DNA of 64,000 bases from an uncultured Gemmatimonadaceae bacterium. Lineage in GTDB: Bacteria > Gemmatimonadota > Gemmatimonadetes > Gemmatimonadales > Gemmatimonadaceae. Location of the stretch: assembly GCA_963740355.1 (NCBI GenBank), contig CAVUDW010000001.1, forward strand, positions 96,001 to 160,000, written 5' to 3'. This document shows, piece by piece, positions 40,099 through 56,835 of the stretch (position 1 is its first letter; the number at the start of each line of letters is the position of its first letter). The notes beneath the pieces were generated by a model. That model was given only the letters and a program-made list of their open reading frames with translations, did not search any database and had not been told where the DNA came from. The position numbers and the translations under genes were made by a program.

Positions 40099-41145
40099 AT
40101 GCGATTGCGACTGGCCGTGACACCGGCACTCCTGCTCGCGGTCGTCGCGGCGCCGACCCTCCGCGGTCAGGCACCGGGCTCGCTCGAGATCGGCGCCTAC
40201 GGCCAGATCACTCGCGTCGACCCGAGTGAAGCCCGCTTCGAAAGCCGCGCGCCGCTGAGCCTCGGGCTGCGTGGCCGAGTGAACCTGCACCGGCAGTTTG
40301 GCGTCGAGCTCGAGGCCTCCACCGGCATGGTCGATGGCATCGGCGATCCACCGCGACGTCGCTACAACCAACTCGTGGCGCGCGGGACCTATTCCCTGCC
40401 GCTCTCCGAGTACTCGAGCCTCATGCTCGGAGCCGGCTTGTCGCGTAGCGACTACGAAGTCACGTATCACTTCGGCGCGGACGCACTGGTAGGCGTGCGC
40501 ACGGTGATCAGCGGACGCTATTCCCTGCGGTCGGACGTGATCTTCAACTATCAGCCGACCGGCGGAGCAACCGAACTCGGCCTGCGCACGGGATTGCACG
40601 CGACACTCGGTCCCTTCGATGGCCCCACATCGCGCGACCGGCGCCGCAACGCATTGACGATGGCCGAGCCCGGCAGCCTGGAAGGCGGGCTCTTCGCCCA
40701 GCAGTGGAAGCTGAACGACGTCTGGAACCTGCGGAACGGGCCTGCGGCTGGCGCACGGGTCGGTGCATTCGTCACATCTCGTTCAGAACTCGAGGTCGAG
40801 GCGACGTATGGGCGACAGGAGACGCGCGACGCCGGCGCCAATGGGCAGACGTACGTCCCGCTGCCCGGTGGCGCGACGTACCGTGTGACCACCTTTGCCT
40901 TTCGCTACCTCCACAACCTCCCTCTTTCATCACGTGCGGCCGTCCTGGCCGGTATCGGGCCTGCGCGAACGTCATACGAATACGTTGACTACTGGGGTGC
41001 CTCGGCACTCGCCGGCGTACGCCTCGCCGTCACGCGCGACATCCACCTTCGCGGCGACGTGGTGGCGAACTACGGGCGCGAACCCCGCGTGTTCGACTAC
41101 GGCATTCGTGTCGGTGCGAGCACCGTCCTGCGACTGGGCCGCTGA
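40099..41145 (+). CDS. Outer-membrane beta-barrel protein with two tandem homologous halves
   Basis: Signal peptide; alternating-residue beta strands; PGSLE motif starts both halves. Confidence 0.72.
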   Translation: MRLRLAVTPALLLAVVAAPTLRGQAPGSLEIGAYGQITRVDPSEARFESRAPLSLGLRGRVNLHRQFGVELEASTGMVDGIGDPPRRRYNQLVARGTYSLPLSEYSSLMLGAGLSRSDYEVTYHFGADALVGVRTVISGRYSLRSDVIFNYQPTGGATELGLRTGLHATLGPFDGPTSRDRRRNALTMAEPGSLEGGLFAQQWKLNDVWNLRNGPAAGARVGAFVTSRSELEVEATYGRQETRDAGANGQTYVPLPGGATYRVTTFAFRYLHNLPLSSRAAVLAGIGPARTSYEYVDYWGASALAGVRLAVTRDIHLRGDVVANYGREPRVFDYGIRVGASTVLRLGR

Positions 41146-41224
41146 TCCGCTGCGGTCGAAGGCAAACGGGGCGCCGCCGATTGCTCGGTGACGCCCCGCT
41201 CGATTTCATGGCCTGAGATGCCGC

Positions 41225-44395
<3,171 letters not shown>

Positions 44396-44404
44396 TGCTC
44401 TCCC

Positions 44405-44977
44405 CTATCGGTACAACGCCGACTGGCGGATCTGCTCCGCCACGGCGTCCAGGACGAATCCTCGCAGTGAGCGCCCCTCGCGTATGCGGCGGCGCACCTC
44501 GGTGGAACTCACATCCACTCGTCGCGTCGCCAGCAACAGGGCGTTGCGTCCCATTTCCGTCGGAGCAAAAGCCTCCGCACCACGGGTCAGGACGACCAAC
44601 TGCACCATTCGCAGCAACTGCTCCGGTTCCTTCCATCGGGCGAGCCCGGACGCGGCATCCGTGCCCAGCAGCAGAAACAGCTCGTCGTCTGGACCAGACG
44701 CACGATAGGCCGCTGCTGTGTCAACCGTATAAGATAATCCCCCGCGACCGATTTCGACCGGATTGACCGCGAAACGTGGATCGTCGGCAACCATCGCCTC
44801 CAGCATCCTCAGACGCGCGTCCGGTGCGGCGGCGTGGCCAGAGGCCTTCAGGGGCTGGTGCTGGGCCGGGATGAAATCCAGCCGATCAAGCGACAACCCC
44901 TCGAACGCGTCGACCGCGGCCAGCCAATGGCCGATATGCGGGGGGTCGAAGCTGCCGCCAAAGAGGCCGATCCGCAC
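44405..44977 (-). CDS. nadD: Nicotinate-nucleotide adenylyltransferase
   Basis: GGSFDPPHIGH, SYTVDT, DVSSTEVR. Confidence 0.95.
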   Translation of the reverse strand: MRIGLFGGSFDPPHIGHWLAAVDAFEGLSLDRLDFIPAQHQPLKASGHAAAPDARLRMLEAMVADDPRFAVNPVEIGRGGLSYTVDTAAAYRASGPDDELFLLLGTDAASGLARWKEPEQLLRMVQLVVLTRGAEAFAPTEMGRNALLLATRRVDVSSTEVRRRIREGRSLRGFVLDAVAEQIRQSALYR

Positions 44978-44983
44978 GGCCCC

Positions 44984-45817
44984 TCAGGGCTTCGCTGGCG
45001 GCGGAATCGCAGCCGGGACGGTCGTCCCAGGCGCCTTCGAGGTGTCGCGGACAGCCGCTTCCGGCGGACACAACTTTGCGACTTCGGGGTCGGAGGCGAA
45101 GCGCGCGCGCACCGCCGTGCACGCCTCAGCTGCCTCTTCCTTGTACCGGATCACGCGGTACGACTCGATCATCCGGAGGTAGGCGTCCTTCGCCTTCTTG
45201 CTCTCCGGAAAGGTGTTGACCACCGTCTTGAAGTACAGGATCGCCGGGTCGTACGCCTTGCGGCGGTAATAGTAGTATCCGGCGAGGTATTCCTTGGTCG
45301 CGAACATCTCTTCGAGGTTCGCCAGTTCGCGCTCTGCATCCTTCCGGCGCGGCGAATCGGGATACACCGCCACCAGGGTCCGGAAGGTGGCCTGCGCGGT
45401 GGTACCATACTGCGAATCCAGCTCCGGCGAGCGCCACAGCTTCTGGTATTCGCGCGCTCCCTCGTACATCGCATCGTCGGCGAGCGAGTCTTCAGGGAAG
45501 TTTTCGGCGACCTTGTTGAACGCCTGCGCCGCGAGCAGGTGCTCGACGTTTCCGCTGCGCGCCTTGCCGAGATAGAACTGAGTCAGCGGGAGGAGCGAAT
45601 CACGGGCCGGGAGATCGGTCGCCAGCTTCTCGAACGCGAGGATCGCGTTGCCATAGTGCTTCAGGTTCAGCTCGCGCACACCAGCCGCGAAGAGCGGCCC
45701 GGTTTCACCGCCGAACTTGTCGACCCGGAATCCGCCACCGCCACACGCCGTGAGGATGACCACCAGCGCAAACAGGCCGAGGCGGGCATGGGTGCGTCGT
45801 GCGCTCAGCACGAGCAC
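44984..45817 (-). CDS. bamD: Outer-membrane protein assembly lipoprotein BamD
   Basis: Lipobox LTAC, TPRs, LDSQY, YPDS, KEY..GYYYYRRKAY..A; start uncertain (ORF extends to 45895). Confidence 0.88.
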   Translation of the reverse strand: MLVLSARRTHARLGLFALVVILTACGGGGFRVDKFGGETGPLFAAGVRELNLKHYGNAILAFEKLATDLPARDSLLPLTQFYLGKARSGNVEHLLAAQAFNKVAENFPEDSLADDAMYEGAREYQKLWRSPELDSQYGTTAQATFRTLVAVYPDSPRRKDAERELANLEEMFATKEYLAGYYYYRRKAYDPAILYFKTVVNTFPESKKAKDAYLRMIESYRVIRYKEEAAEACTAVRARFASDPEVAKLCPPEAAVRDTSKAPGTTVPAAIPPPAKP

Positions 45818-46001
45818 CTCGCGGCGACGGCCACCGAGACGCGGCAGCTGGTCAGGTGATCCACTGAGGCGGAACTGGGGGAGAGATCGAAGCATGGGAG
45901 CAGGAAACGCGACAATCGCCCTGAGCGGGCGCCAACGGCGAAAGCAATCGGGACAGCAGCAGCGACTTCACGAGCTATAGACCCCGGTCGGAACGCCGGG
46001 T

Positions 46002-47306
46002 TCAACGCGGCCGTCCGATGGAGTCGTAGAGGAAGCCCAGCGTGCGCATGCGCGCCGGGGAATACAGGTTCCGCATGTCGACCACGATCGGCGTGCGGAG
46101 CGCACTGTGGACGCGGGTCCAGTCCGGCGACCGGTACTCGTTCCAGTCGGTCATCAGCACGAGCGCATCCGAGCCGGCACAGGCGGCATAGGCGCTCGGC
46201 ACGAGTTCGACCTGGTCGCCGAGGCGGCGGGCCGCCTCGCGCCGTGACTCCGGGTCATGCGCCACGACCGTGCCGCCCTCGGCACGGATCGTCGCGATCA
46301 ACGACAGCGACGGCGACTCGCGCATGTCATCGGTCTGCGCCTTGAAGGCGAGGCCCCAGACCGCGATCCGCTTGCCTGCCAGCGAGCCGCCCAGCAGCGC
46401 TCGCAGCTTCTCCGCCGCACGATCCTTCTGGTGCGTGTTGGCGTCATGCACTGCCTGCAGCACGCGCAGCGGCACGTCGTACCCACGCGCCGACAGCAGC
46501 AATGCCTGCACATCCTTCGGGAAACAGGAGCCGCCGTAGCCTGGGCCGGGCAGCAGGAACGAGGGCCCGATCCGTGGATCGCTGCCGATGCCAAGGCGCA
46601 CGAGATCGACGTTGGCGCCGGTACGTTCACAGAGCAGCGCGATCTCGTTCATGAAGCTGATGCGTGTCGCCAGCATCGCATTGGCGGCGTACTTCGTGAG
46701 CTCGGCTGAGGCAAGATCCATGAAGATCAGCGGCTTGCCAGAGCGCACGTACGGCTCGTAGAGCTCCTCCATCAACTCGCGCGCGCGCTGCGAGTCGGTG
46801 CCGATGATCACGCGATCGGGATGCGTGAAGTCATCAACCGCCGCGCCTTCCTTGAGAAACTCAGGATTGCTGCAGACATGGAACGGCACGGTCGCGTGTT
46901 CGCGCAACACGCCACGAATGAGTTCGGCCGTGCCGACGGGCACCGTGGACTTCGTCACCACCACGACTTCCTGTTCCGCACTCTTCGCGACGGTCTGCGC
47001 GGCCGCGAGCACGTAGCTCAGGTCGGCCGACCCATCCTCGTCGGCGGGCGTCCCGACCGCGATGAAGACGAACTGCGCGTGCCGCGCCGCGGCCGCCACA
47101 TCGGTCGTGAACGTGAGACGTTCCGACCGCTGATTGCGCTCGACGATCACGTCGAGGCCGGGCTCGAAGATCGGCAGGATGTTGCGCTGCAGCCCCTCGA
47201 TCTTGGCGGCATCGAGATCGGCGCACACCACATCGTTGCCGGTGTCTGCAAGGCAGGCACCGAGCACCAGTCCGACGTATCCGGTTCCGATCACCGCAAC
47301 TTTCAT
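46002..47306 (-). CDS. ugd: UDP-glucose 6-dehydrogenase
   Basis: GTGYVG, NPEFLKEG, KYAANA, GYGGSCFPKD. Confidence 0.93.
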   Translation of the reverse strand: MKVAVIGTGYVGLVLGACLADTGNDVVCADLDAAKIEGLQRNILPIFEPGLDVIVERNQRSERLTFTTDVAAAARHAQFVFIAVGTPADEDGSADLSYVLAAAQTVAKSAEQEVVVVTKSTVPVGTAELIRGVLREHATVPFHVCSNPEFLKEGAAVDDFTHPDRVIIGTDSQRARELMEELYEPYVRSGKPLIFMDLASAELTKYAANAMLATRISFMNEIALLCERTGANVDLVRLGIGSDPRIGPSFLLPGPGYGGSCFPKDVQALLLSARGYDVPLRVLQAVHDANTHQKDRAAEKLRALLGGSLAGKRIAVWGLAFKAQTDDMRESPSLSLIATIRAEGGTVVAHDPESRREAARRLGDQVELVPSAYAACAGSDALVLMTDWNEYRSPDWTRVHSALRTPIVVDMRNLYSPARMRTLGFLYDSIGRPR

Positions 47307-47307
47307 C

Positions 47308-48654
47308 TCAGTGCGCGTTCGCCGTGATCGGGGTGGCGGCGTCAGCCAGGCTGACGATGCGCGCCGTCGACTTCGTCGTCCGGCCCGTCGCGTTTCGCGT
47401 ATCGACGACCAACTCGGCGTGGTCGACCACGAACTGCCAGTCGTACGCCTTGTGATCGGTGACGATGACCACGGCGTCGGCCTGTGCGAGTGCCTCGGCG
47501 GTCAGCGCGACGCTGTGGTATTCGTGGCCGTCCTCGCGGAACTTCGCGACGTGCGGGTCATTGAAGGTGACCGTGGCACCGCGCTGCTCGAGCAGGCGCA
47601 TGATGTCGAGCGCAGGGCTCTCACGCATGTCATCGATGTCGCGCTTGTACGCGACGCCAAGGATCAGTACCCGACTGCCGTGGACGGCCTTCCGCGAATC
47701 ATTCAAGGCGCGTGACACCTTCTCGACGACATAGTCGGGCATGCCGGAGTTGATCTCGCTGGCGAGGTCGATGAAGCGCGTCTTGTAGTTCAGCATCCGC
47801 ATCTTCCACGCGAGATAGTGCGGATCGAGCGGGATGCAGTGCCCACCGATGCCGGGGCCCGGCGTGAACTTCATGTAGCCGAACGGCTTGGTGGCGGCCG
47901 CATCGATCACTTCCCAGACGTTCACGCCAAGCTTGTCGCAGACGATCGCGATTTCGTTGACGAGACCGATGTTGACCGAGCGGAACGTATTCTCGAGCAG
48001 CTTGACCAATTCAGCCGTCTCGGTCGACGACACCGGCACGATGGTATCGATGACCGCACCATAAAGCGCCGTGGCGACTTCGGTGCACGCGGGCGTTACG
48101 CCACCGACGACTTTCGGTGTGTTCTTGGTGTGATAGACCGGGTTGCCGGGATCGACCCGCTCCGGGCTGAAGGCGAGGAACACGTCAGTTCCAACGGTGA
48201 AGCCAGCCGCTTCGAGCGCCGGCAGCAGCACTTCGCGCGTGGTGCCAGGATAGGTCGTGCTTTCGAGCACGATCAACAGACCCGGATGTGCCTGCGCCAC
48301 GACGGCCTGCGTCGCGGCATTCACGTAGGTCATGTCCGGATCACGCGTCTTGCCGAGCGGCGTCGGCACGGCGATCGAGATCGCATCCGCCTCGAGCATG
48401 CGGCTGGCATCGGTGGTCGCGATGAAGCGGCCACTCGCGACATGCTTCGCGACCATCGCCGCCGGAATGTCCTGGATGTGCGAGTCACCACCGTTCAGCA
48501 GCGAGACGACGCGCTCGCTGACGTCGAAACCGATCACCTTGAAGCCGGCCTCGGCGAATTCCATCGCCAGCGGCAGGCCCACGTAACCGAGACCGACGAC
48601 CGAAACCACCGCGTTCTGCGACTGGATTCGGGACAGCAATTGTGACTTGAGCAT
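47308..48654 (-). CDS. UDP-N-acetylhexosamine dehydrogenase (WbpA/WecC family)
   Basis: GLGYVGLP, ESTTYPGTT, SPERVDPG, KLLENTFR, GIGGHCIPLDP. Confidence 0.92.
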   Translation of the reverse strand: MLKSQLLSRIQSQNAVVSVVGLGYVGLPLAMEFAEAGFKVIGFDVSERVVSLLNGGDSHIQDIPAAMVAKHVASGRFIATTDASRMLEADAISIAVPTPLGKTRDPDMTYVNAATQAVVAQAHPGLLIVLESTTYPGTTREVLLPALEAAGFTVGTDVFLAFSPERVDPGNPVYHTKNTPKVVGGVTPACTEVATALYGAVIDTIVPVSSTETAELVKLLENTFRSVNIGLVNEIAIVCDKLGVNVWEVIDAAATKPFGYMKFTPGPGIGGHCIPLDPHYLAWKMRMLNYKTRFIDLASEINSGMPDYVVEKVSRALNDSRKAVHGSRVLILGVAYKRDIDDMRESPALDIMRLLEQRGATVTFNDPHVAKFREDGHEYHSVALTAEALAQADAVVIVTDHKAYDWQFVVDHAELVVDTRNATGRTTKSTARIVSLADAATPITANAH

Positions 48655-48695
48655 CAGAGGGCCAGGACCTGGAATGAAGAGTGACGGGCTGACGG

Positions 48696-49817
48696 TCAGC
48701 GGCCGTAAAAGGCGCGTACGGCATCAACCACGGTGTCGCGTTGGGTCGTCGTCAATTCCGGGAACACGGGCAGCGACAGCACTTCCTGTGCGGCGCGCTC
48801 CGATTCCGGGAACTGGCCCTCCTTATACCCGAGATAGGCAAAACAGGGCTGCAGGTGCAGCGGAAGCGGGTAATAGATCGAGCAGCCGATCCCGCGCTCC
48901 TTGAGATGCGCCATCAGGGCATCGCGCTTCTGCGCCCGGATGGTGTACTGGTTGTAGATCGACGTGTTGGCCGAATCGATGTACGGCGTCACGATTTCGG
49001 CGACGTCGGCGAAGGCCTGATCGTAAAAGGCCGCGTTGGCCCGACGGGCGGCGCTCCACTGCTCGAGGAACGGCAGCTTGGCCATCAACACCGCGGCCTG
49101 CAGGGCATCGAGTCGGCTGTTGTAGCCCACCATCTCGTGGTAATACGTCTTCAGCGAGCCGTGCATGCGCAGCTTGAGCAGCTTGGTCGAGAGCGCCTCA
49201 TCCTGCGTCACCATCAGGCCGCCGTCGCCGTACCCACCGAGATTCTTGGACGGGAAAAAGCTGAAGGTGCCGATCGTGGCGGCCTCGCCGGCCATCACCG
49301 TGGCGCCATCGATCACCCGACTGGCGCCGATCGACTGGGCCGCGTCCTCGATGATCGGCAGGTCGCCAGCGACGGCGCGCACCTGCTCGATGGCAGCCAT
49401 CTGGCCGAACAGGTCGACCGGGATCACGGCCTTGGTGCGCGGCGTGATGGCGGCCGCGACGGCCGCTGGATCGATGTTGAAGGTGAGCGGGTCGATGTCG
49501 GCAAACACCGGTCGCGCACCCACGTTGTGAATCGTGCCCGCCGTGGCGAAGAAGGTGAAGGGTGTCGTCACCACTTCATCGTCCCGCCCGATGTCGAGTG
49601 CCCGCATGGCGATCAGGATCGCATCGGTGCCATTCGCGCACCCGACCGCAAACCGGGTCTTCGACAAGCCCGCCACTGCGCACTCGAATCGTCCGACGAT
49701 CGGGCCGAGGATGAAGGCCTGCTCCTCGATGATCTCGTTCACGAGTGCGGCCACCTCATGCTTGATGGTCGCATGCTGCGCCTTCAGGTCCAGCAGCGGG
49801 ACAGGGGTCTGGGTCAT
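48696..49817 (-). CDS. DegT/DnrJ/EryC1/StrS sugar aminotransferase (WbpE-like)
   Basis: NGTDA, EDAAQ, SFFPSKNLG.YGDGG, NSRLD. Confidence 0.93.
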   Translation of the reverse strand: MTQTPVPLLDLKAQHATIKHEVAALVNEIIEEQAFILGPIVGRFECAVAGLSKTRFAVGCANGTDAILIAMRALDIGRDDEVVTTPFTFFATAGTIHNVGARPVFADIDPLTFNIDPAAVAAAITPRTKAVIPVDLFGQMAAIEQVRAVAGDLPIIEDAAQSIGASRVIDGATVMAGEAATIGTFSFFPSKNLGGYGDGGLMVTQDEALSTKLLKLRMHGSLKTYYHEMVGYNSRLDALQAAVLMAKLPFLEQWSAARRANAAFYDQAFADVAEIVTPYIDSANTSIYNQYTIRAQKRDALMAHLKERGIGCSIYYPLPLHLQPCFAYLGYKEGQFPESERAAQEVLSLPVFPELTTTQRDTVVDAVRAFYGR

Positions 49818-49849
49818 CGCAGTCGAATGGGATGTCAGGTCAGCAGGGA

Positions 49850-53101
<3,252 letters not shown>

Positions 53102-53249
53102 GGACGCGGAACAGGCGGGACAGAATGGACTGGTGATCAGCCTTCAAATATAGCCTCGCCGGAGCCCAAGCTGGGCGGGCACAGCCGGCAGATATTCCGC
53201 AGCGTTTGCTGGGAAAATTCGTGCGAGCCCGAGCCGGCATCAGGCGCGG

Positions 53250-54236
53250 TCAGTTCCGGGGCCGCGGCCCCACGGCGAGCGCGGCACGTGCGGCCTCGAG
53301 CAGCTCGTCGAGGAGGGCGTCGAACGAGGTCGTGGCGCGCCATCCGAGGCGTTCTGCAGCCTTGCGCGGGTCCGCGATCAGTGCCGCAACGTCACCGGAA
53401 CGTGACAGGGCGGGATCGCTGATCACATGCTGCGTCCAGTCGAGCCCCACGCGCTCGAACGCCGCCTCGCAGAACTGTGCGACGGTCCGCCCGACGCCGG
53501 TGCCAATCACGTAGTCGTCCGCCTGCTCGGCGTCGGCCATCCGCACCAGCGCGTCCATGTAGTCGCGGGCATGGCCCCAATCGCGCACCACATCCATCGC
53601 GCCGAGCGTGAGTGGCGTCGCGGTGCGATCCCCGGCGGCAATGCGTACGGCGGCCCGGCAGATCTTGGTGGTGACGTAGTCGCCCGGCCGACGTGCGCTC
53701 TCGTGATTGAACAACAGCGCGGTACTGGCGTGCAGGCCACGTCCTTCGCGAAAGGCGGCGACGAGCAGCGCACTGTAGGCCTTCCCTGCGCCGTAGGGGG
53801 TACGGGTCGTGAACGGGCTCGTTTCGCTCTGTGGTGCGGCACTACCGGGCCCGAAGACCTGGCACGATCCAGCGAAGACGACATGGGCGGAGGGGACGCG
53901 CCGCTGAATCGCCTCCAGCAATCGCGCCGGCGCCGTGCAGAGCGCATCGGTCGCCTCGGCCGGTGACTGCCATGCGAGGTTCGGCACCGCAGGCGCAGCC
54001 AGATGGTAGATCTGATCCGGGACCAGCTCTGCGATCAGGGAATCGACCTGCCGGGCATCGCGCAGGTCGAGCTCACGCAACTGTACGTTGGCGGCTGCGG
54101 TCGAGAGCTTCGACCGTGCTTCGAGGGGATCGCCACGAGTCGTGCCGAAGACGACATCGCCACGCGCGAGCAGCTGCTCCGCGAGCAAAACGCCGTCCTG
54201 CCCTGCGACTCCGGTGATGAGCACTCGTCGCGTCAT
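53250..54236 (-). CDS. gmd: GDP-mannose 4,6-dehydratase family protein
   Basis: ITGVAGQDG, PYGAGK, LFNHES, RDWGHARDY; somewhat divergent from canonical Gmd. Confidence 0.8.
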   Translation of the reverse strand: MTRRVLITGVAGQDGVLLAEQLLARGDVVFGTTRGDPLEARSKLSTAAANVQLRELDLRDARQVDSLIAELVPDQIYHLAAPAVPNLAWQSPAEATDALCTAPARLLEAIQRRVPSAHVVFAGSCQVFGPGSAAPQSETSPFTTRTPYGAGKAYSALLVAAFREGRGLHASTALLFNHESARRPGDYVTTKICRAAVRIAAGDRTATPLTLGAMDVVRDWGHARDYMDALVRMADAEQADDYVIGTGVGRTVAQFCEAAFERVGLDWTQHVISDPALSRSGDVAALIADPRKAAERLGWRATTSFDALLDELLEAARAALAVGPRPRN

Positions 54237-54253
54237 GCCTGCCCCAAGAGGAG

Positions 54254-54294
54254 AAAAAACAACGCGGGGGAGCCCCGTAAGGACTCCCCCGCGT
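54254..54294 (-). terminator. Rho-independent terminator of the ribosomal-protein operon
   Basis: 11-bp stem ACGCGGGGGAG/CTCCCCCGCGT followed by TGTTTTTT on the minus strand. Confidence 0.85.
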
Positions 54295-54331
54295 CACCAG
54301 CGATCATCGCTGTGTCACCCGCAGTCGCAGT

Positions 54332-54556
54332 TCAGGCGACGGAAGGGACACCGCGCGGCGCGCGATGGATCTTGCCGGCCGACATGCAGGACGTGCAGGC
54401 CTTGACCTTGATGATCTTGCCATCGGTGTCGAGGATGCGCATGACCTGCAGGTTCGGACGCCAGGTGCGACGCACGCGGTTGTTCGCGTGCGACACGTTG
54501 TTGCCGAAGGTGACGCCCTTCTTGCAGACGTAGCAGCGGTGACGATCGATAGCCAT
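54332..54556 (-). CDS. rpmB: 50S ribosomal protein L28 (Cys-containing form)
   Basis: CYVCKK...GNNVSHANNR.RR.W.PNLQ...CTSC. Confidence 0.95.
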   Translation of the reverse strand: MAIDRHRCYVCKKGVTFGNNVSHANNRVRRTWRPNLQVMRILDTDGKIIKVKACTSCMSAGKIHRAPRGVPSVA

Positions 54557-54559
54557 GAC

Positions 54560-54916
54560 TCAGTTCTCCACGAATTCGATGCGTGCCATTTCCGCACCAT
54601 CGCCGAGGCGATGACCGGTCTTCAGGATGCGGGTGTAGCCGCCGGCGCGGGTGGCGAACTTCGGCCCCCACTCCTGGAACAGCTTGTCGGCAGCGCCACG
54701 CTTGTGGATGTGCCGACCCGCGAGCCGGCGCGCGTGCACCGTGCCTGCCTTGGCCTTGGTCACGAGCTTCTCCACGAAGGGACGAAGCTCCTTGGCCTTG
54801 GCCTCGGTGGTTTCAATGGCCCCCTGCTCGATGAGCGAGGTGGCGAGGTTACGCAGCAGGGCGAGACGCTGCTCGCTTGTGCGGCGGAGTTGACGACCAG
54901 CCTTCCGATGGCGCAT
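54560..54916 (-). CDS. rplQ: 50S ribosomal protein L17
   Basis: MRHRKAGRQL, IETTEAKAKELR, GGYTRI. Confidence 0.98.
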   Translation of the reverse strand: MRHRKAGRQLRRTSEQRLALLRNLATSLIEQGAIETTEAKAKELRPFVEKLVTKAKAGTVHARRLAGRHIHKRGAADKLFQEWGPKFATRAGGYTRILKTGHRLGDGAEMARIEFVEN

Positions 54917-54922
54917 TTGGGA

Positions 54923-55993
54923 TTACTCCTGCGAGGACTCGACGGGATCGTCCGGCGCGTTGGCGGCGACCTTCGACGGTGGCGTGCCCCAATCGAGCAC
55001 CCGTGCGAAGTCCCCCGCTTCCTCGTACCGCATCCCAAAGTTCAAACCACGATTCTCGAGGAGTGCTGCCACTTCCTCGAGGGACTTCTTGCCAAAGTTC
55101 TTGACCTGCAGAATCTGCGACTCCGTCTGGCGGGTAAGGTCACCCAGCGAACGGACGTTGTTGTTCTTGAGCGAATTGACCGAGCGCACGGACAGGCCGA
55201 GTGCATCGATGGCAACCGCGAGCTCCGACAACAGGATGCCCTTGCCGTCGACATCGCCGGTGCTCAGGCTGCCAGCGGAGCTGGACCCGAAGCTGGCGAA
55301 GTACTGGAAGTGCGCCTGGGCCAGTGCGGCGGCGTAGCTGACGGCTTCTTCCGGCGCGATGGTGCCGTCGGTTTCGACCGTCAGGGTGAGGCGATCGTAG
55401 TCGGTGCGCTGACCGACGCGGGTTTCCGCGACGGTGAAGTTGGCGCGACGCACAGGGTTGTAGATCGCATCGATGCGAACCAGGTCCACCGGCATGCCGC
55501 GCTCGACCGGGTGCTGGTCGGCATCGACATACCCACGGCCCACATTCACATACAGCTCGACGGCGATGTCGCGATCGTCCTGCATCGTGAAGATGTGGTG
55601 GTTCGCATCAACGACACGCACACCAGCGGGCAGCTGCAGCATGCCGGCCGTGAAGGCACCGGCCGACTTGAGCGCCACGCGGAGGACGGCGTGCTCGAGA
55701 TCATCATCCAGCACGAGCACGAGCGACTTCAGGTTACCAATGATCTGGTGCACATCTTCGACCACGCCGGCGATGGTCTGGTGCTCATGCACCACGCCAT
55801 CGATCCGGAAGCCCCACACCGCTGCGCCACGAAGTGACGACAGGAGCATGCGACGCATCGCGTTGCCGAGCGTGTGGCCGAAGCCTCGCTCGAGCGGCTG
55901 CAGGCGGAATTCCGCAATGAACGGGTTGTCCTCGCGCTTTGTCGCTTCGACAAGCTGCGGACGAACAAGGCCGCGGAGATCGATCGTTGCCAT
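54923..55993 (-). CDS. rpoA: RNA polymerase alpha subunit
   Basis: PLERGFGHTLGNAMRR, RVGQRTDYDRL, alpha-CTD LSVRS.N.L...KNFGKKSL. Confidence 0.98.
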   Translation of the reverse strand: MATIDLRGLVRPQLVEATKREDNPFIAEFRLQPLERGFGHTLGNAMRRMLLSSLRGAAVWGFRIDGVVHEHQTIAGVVEDVHQIIGNLKSLVLVLDDDLEHAVLRVALKSAGAFTAGMLQLPAGVRVVDANHHIFTMQDDRDIAVELYVNVGRGYVDADQHPVERGMPVDLVRIDAIYNPVRRANFTVAETRVGQRTDYDRLTLTVETDGTIAPEEAVSYAAALAQAHFQYFASFGSSSAGSLSTGDVDGKGILLSELAVAIDALGLSVRSVNSLKNNNVRSLGDLTRQTESQILQVKNFGKKSLEEVAALLENRGLNFGMRYEEAGDFARVLDWGTPPSKVAANAPDDPVESSQE

Positions 55994-56194
55994 AGGGATG
56001 CTGAATGCGAAAAGGGGTCATGCCGGACCGAAGTGGCCGACAACGCCGTGCCTCGCCTCTCATGCGTGGCACGCTCGTAAGGGAATGAGAGTCCCGACCG
56101 AACGACTTCCCGTCGGTGCACCGGGGTGCACTCGACGGTCCTGCACACCTGATTGCACTCACGCCCCCGTTGCCAGGGGCGCGAATGAATCGAG

Positions 56195-56833
56195 TTACTT
56201 CGAGTAGAGTTCGACGACCAGCTGTTCCTGCGCGGCAATCGGGATGCTTGCGCGCTGTGGGCGCTCGAGCATCCGGCCGCTGAACGACTCGGAATCGACT
56301 GCCAGCCACGCCATCGCCGGGTTGCGCTTGGCCTGTTCCATCGCCTCGGCGACGACGGCCAGCTCACGCGACTTCTGACGCACGCGAATCTCTTCACCCG
56401 GCTGCACTGCGTAGCTCGGGATGTCGACGCGCTTGCCGTTGATCTCGACGTGCTGATGGCGGATCAGCTGACGCGCAGCCTTGCGGCTGGCGGCGAAGCC
56501 GATACGGTACACCATGTTGTCGAGACGGCTCTCGAGGGCGGCGAGCAGGTTGTGACCGGTGATGCCCGGGCAGCTTCGCGACCTTCTCGAACGTGTTGCG
56601 GAACTGCTTCTCGTTCATGCCGTACATGCGCTTGATCTTCTGCTTCTCGCGCAGCTGCTTGGCATACTCGGACACCTTCTTGCGGCGGCGCGCGTGCTCT
56701 GGCCGTGCTGGCCTGGAGCGTACGGGCGGCGTTCCACCGGGCACTTCTCGGTGAAGCACTTGGTGCCCTTGAGGAACAGCTTCGTGCCTTCGCGCCGGCA
56801 CTGCCGGCAGCTGGGACCTGTATAACGCGCCAT
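56195..56833 (-). CDS. rpsD: 30S ribosomal protein S4, with two compensating frameshifts (near 56692 and 56567)
   Basis: [28 protein letters not shown] and [10 protein letters not shown]...[10 protein letters not shown] in successive frames. Confidence 0.96.
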
Positions 56834-56835
56834 GG

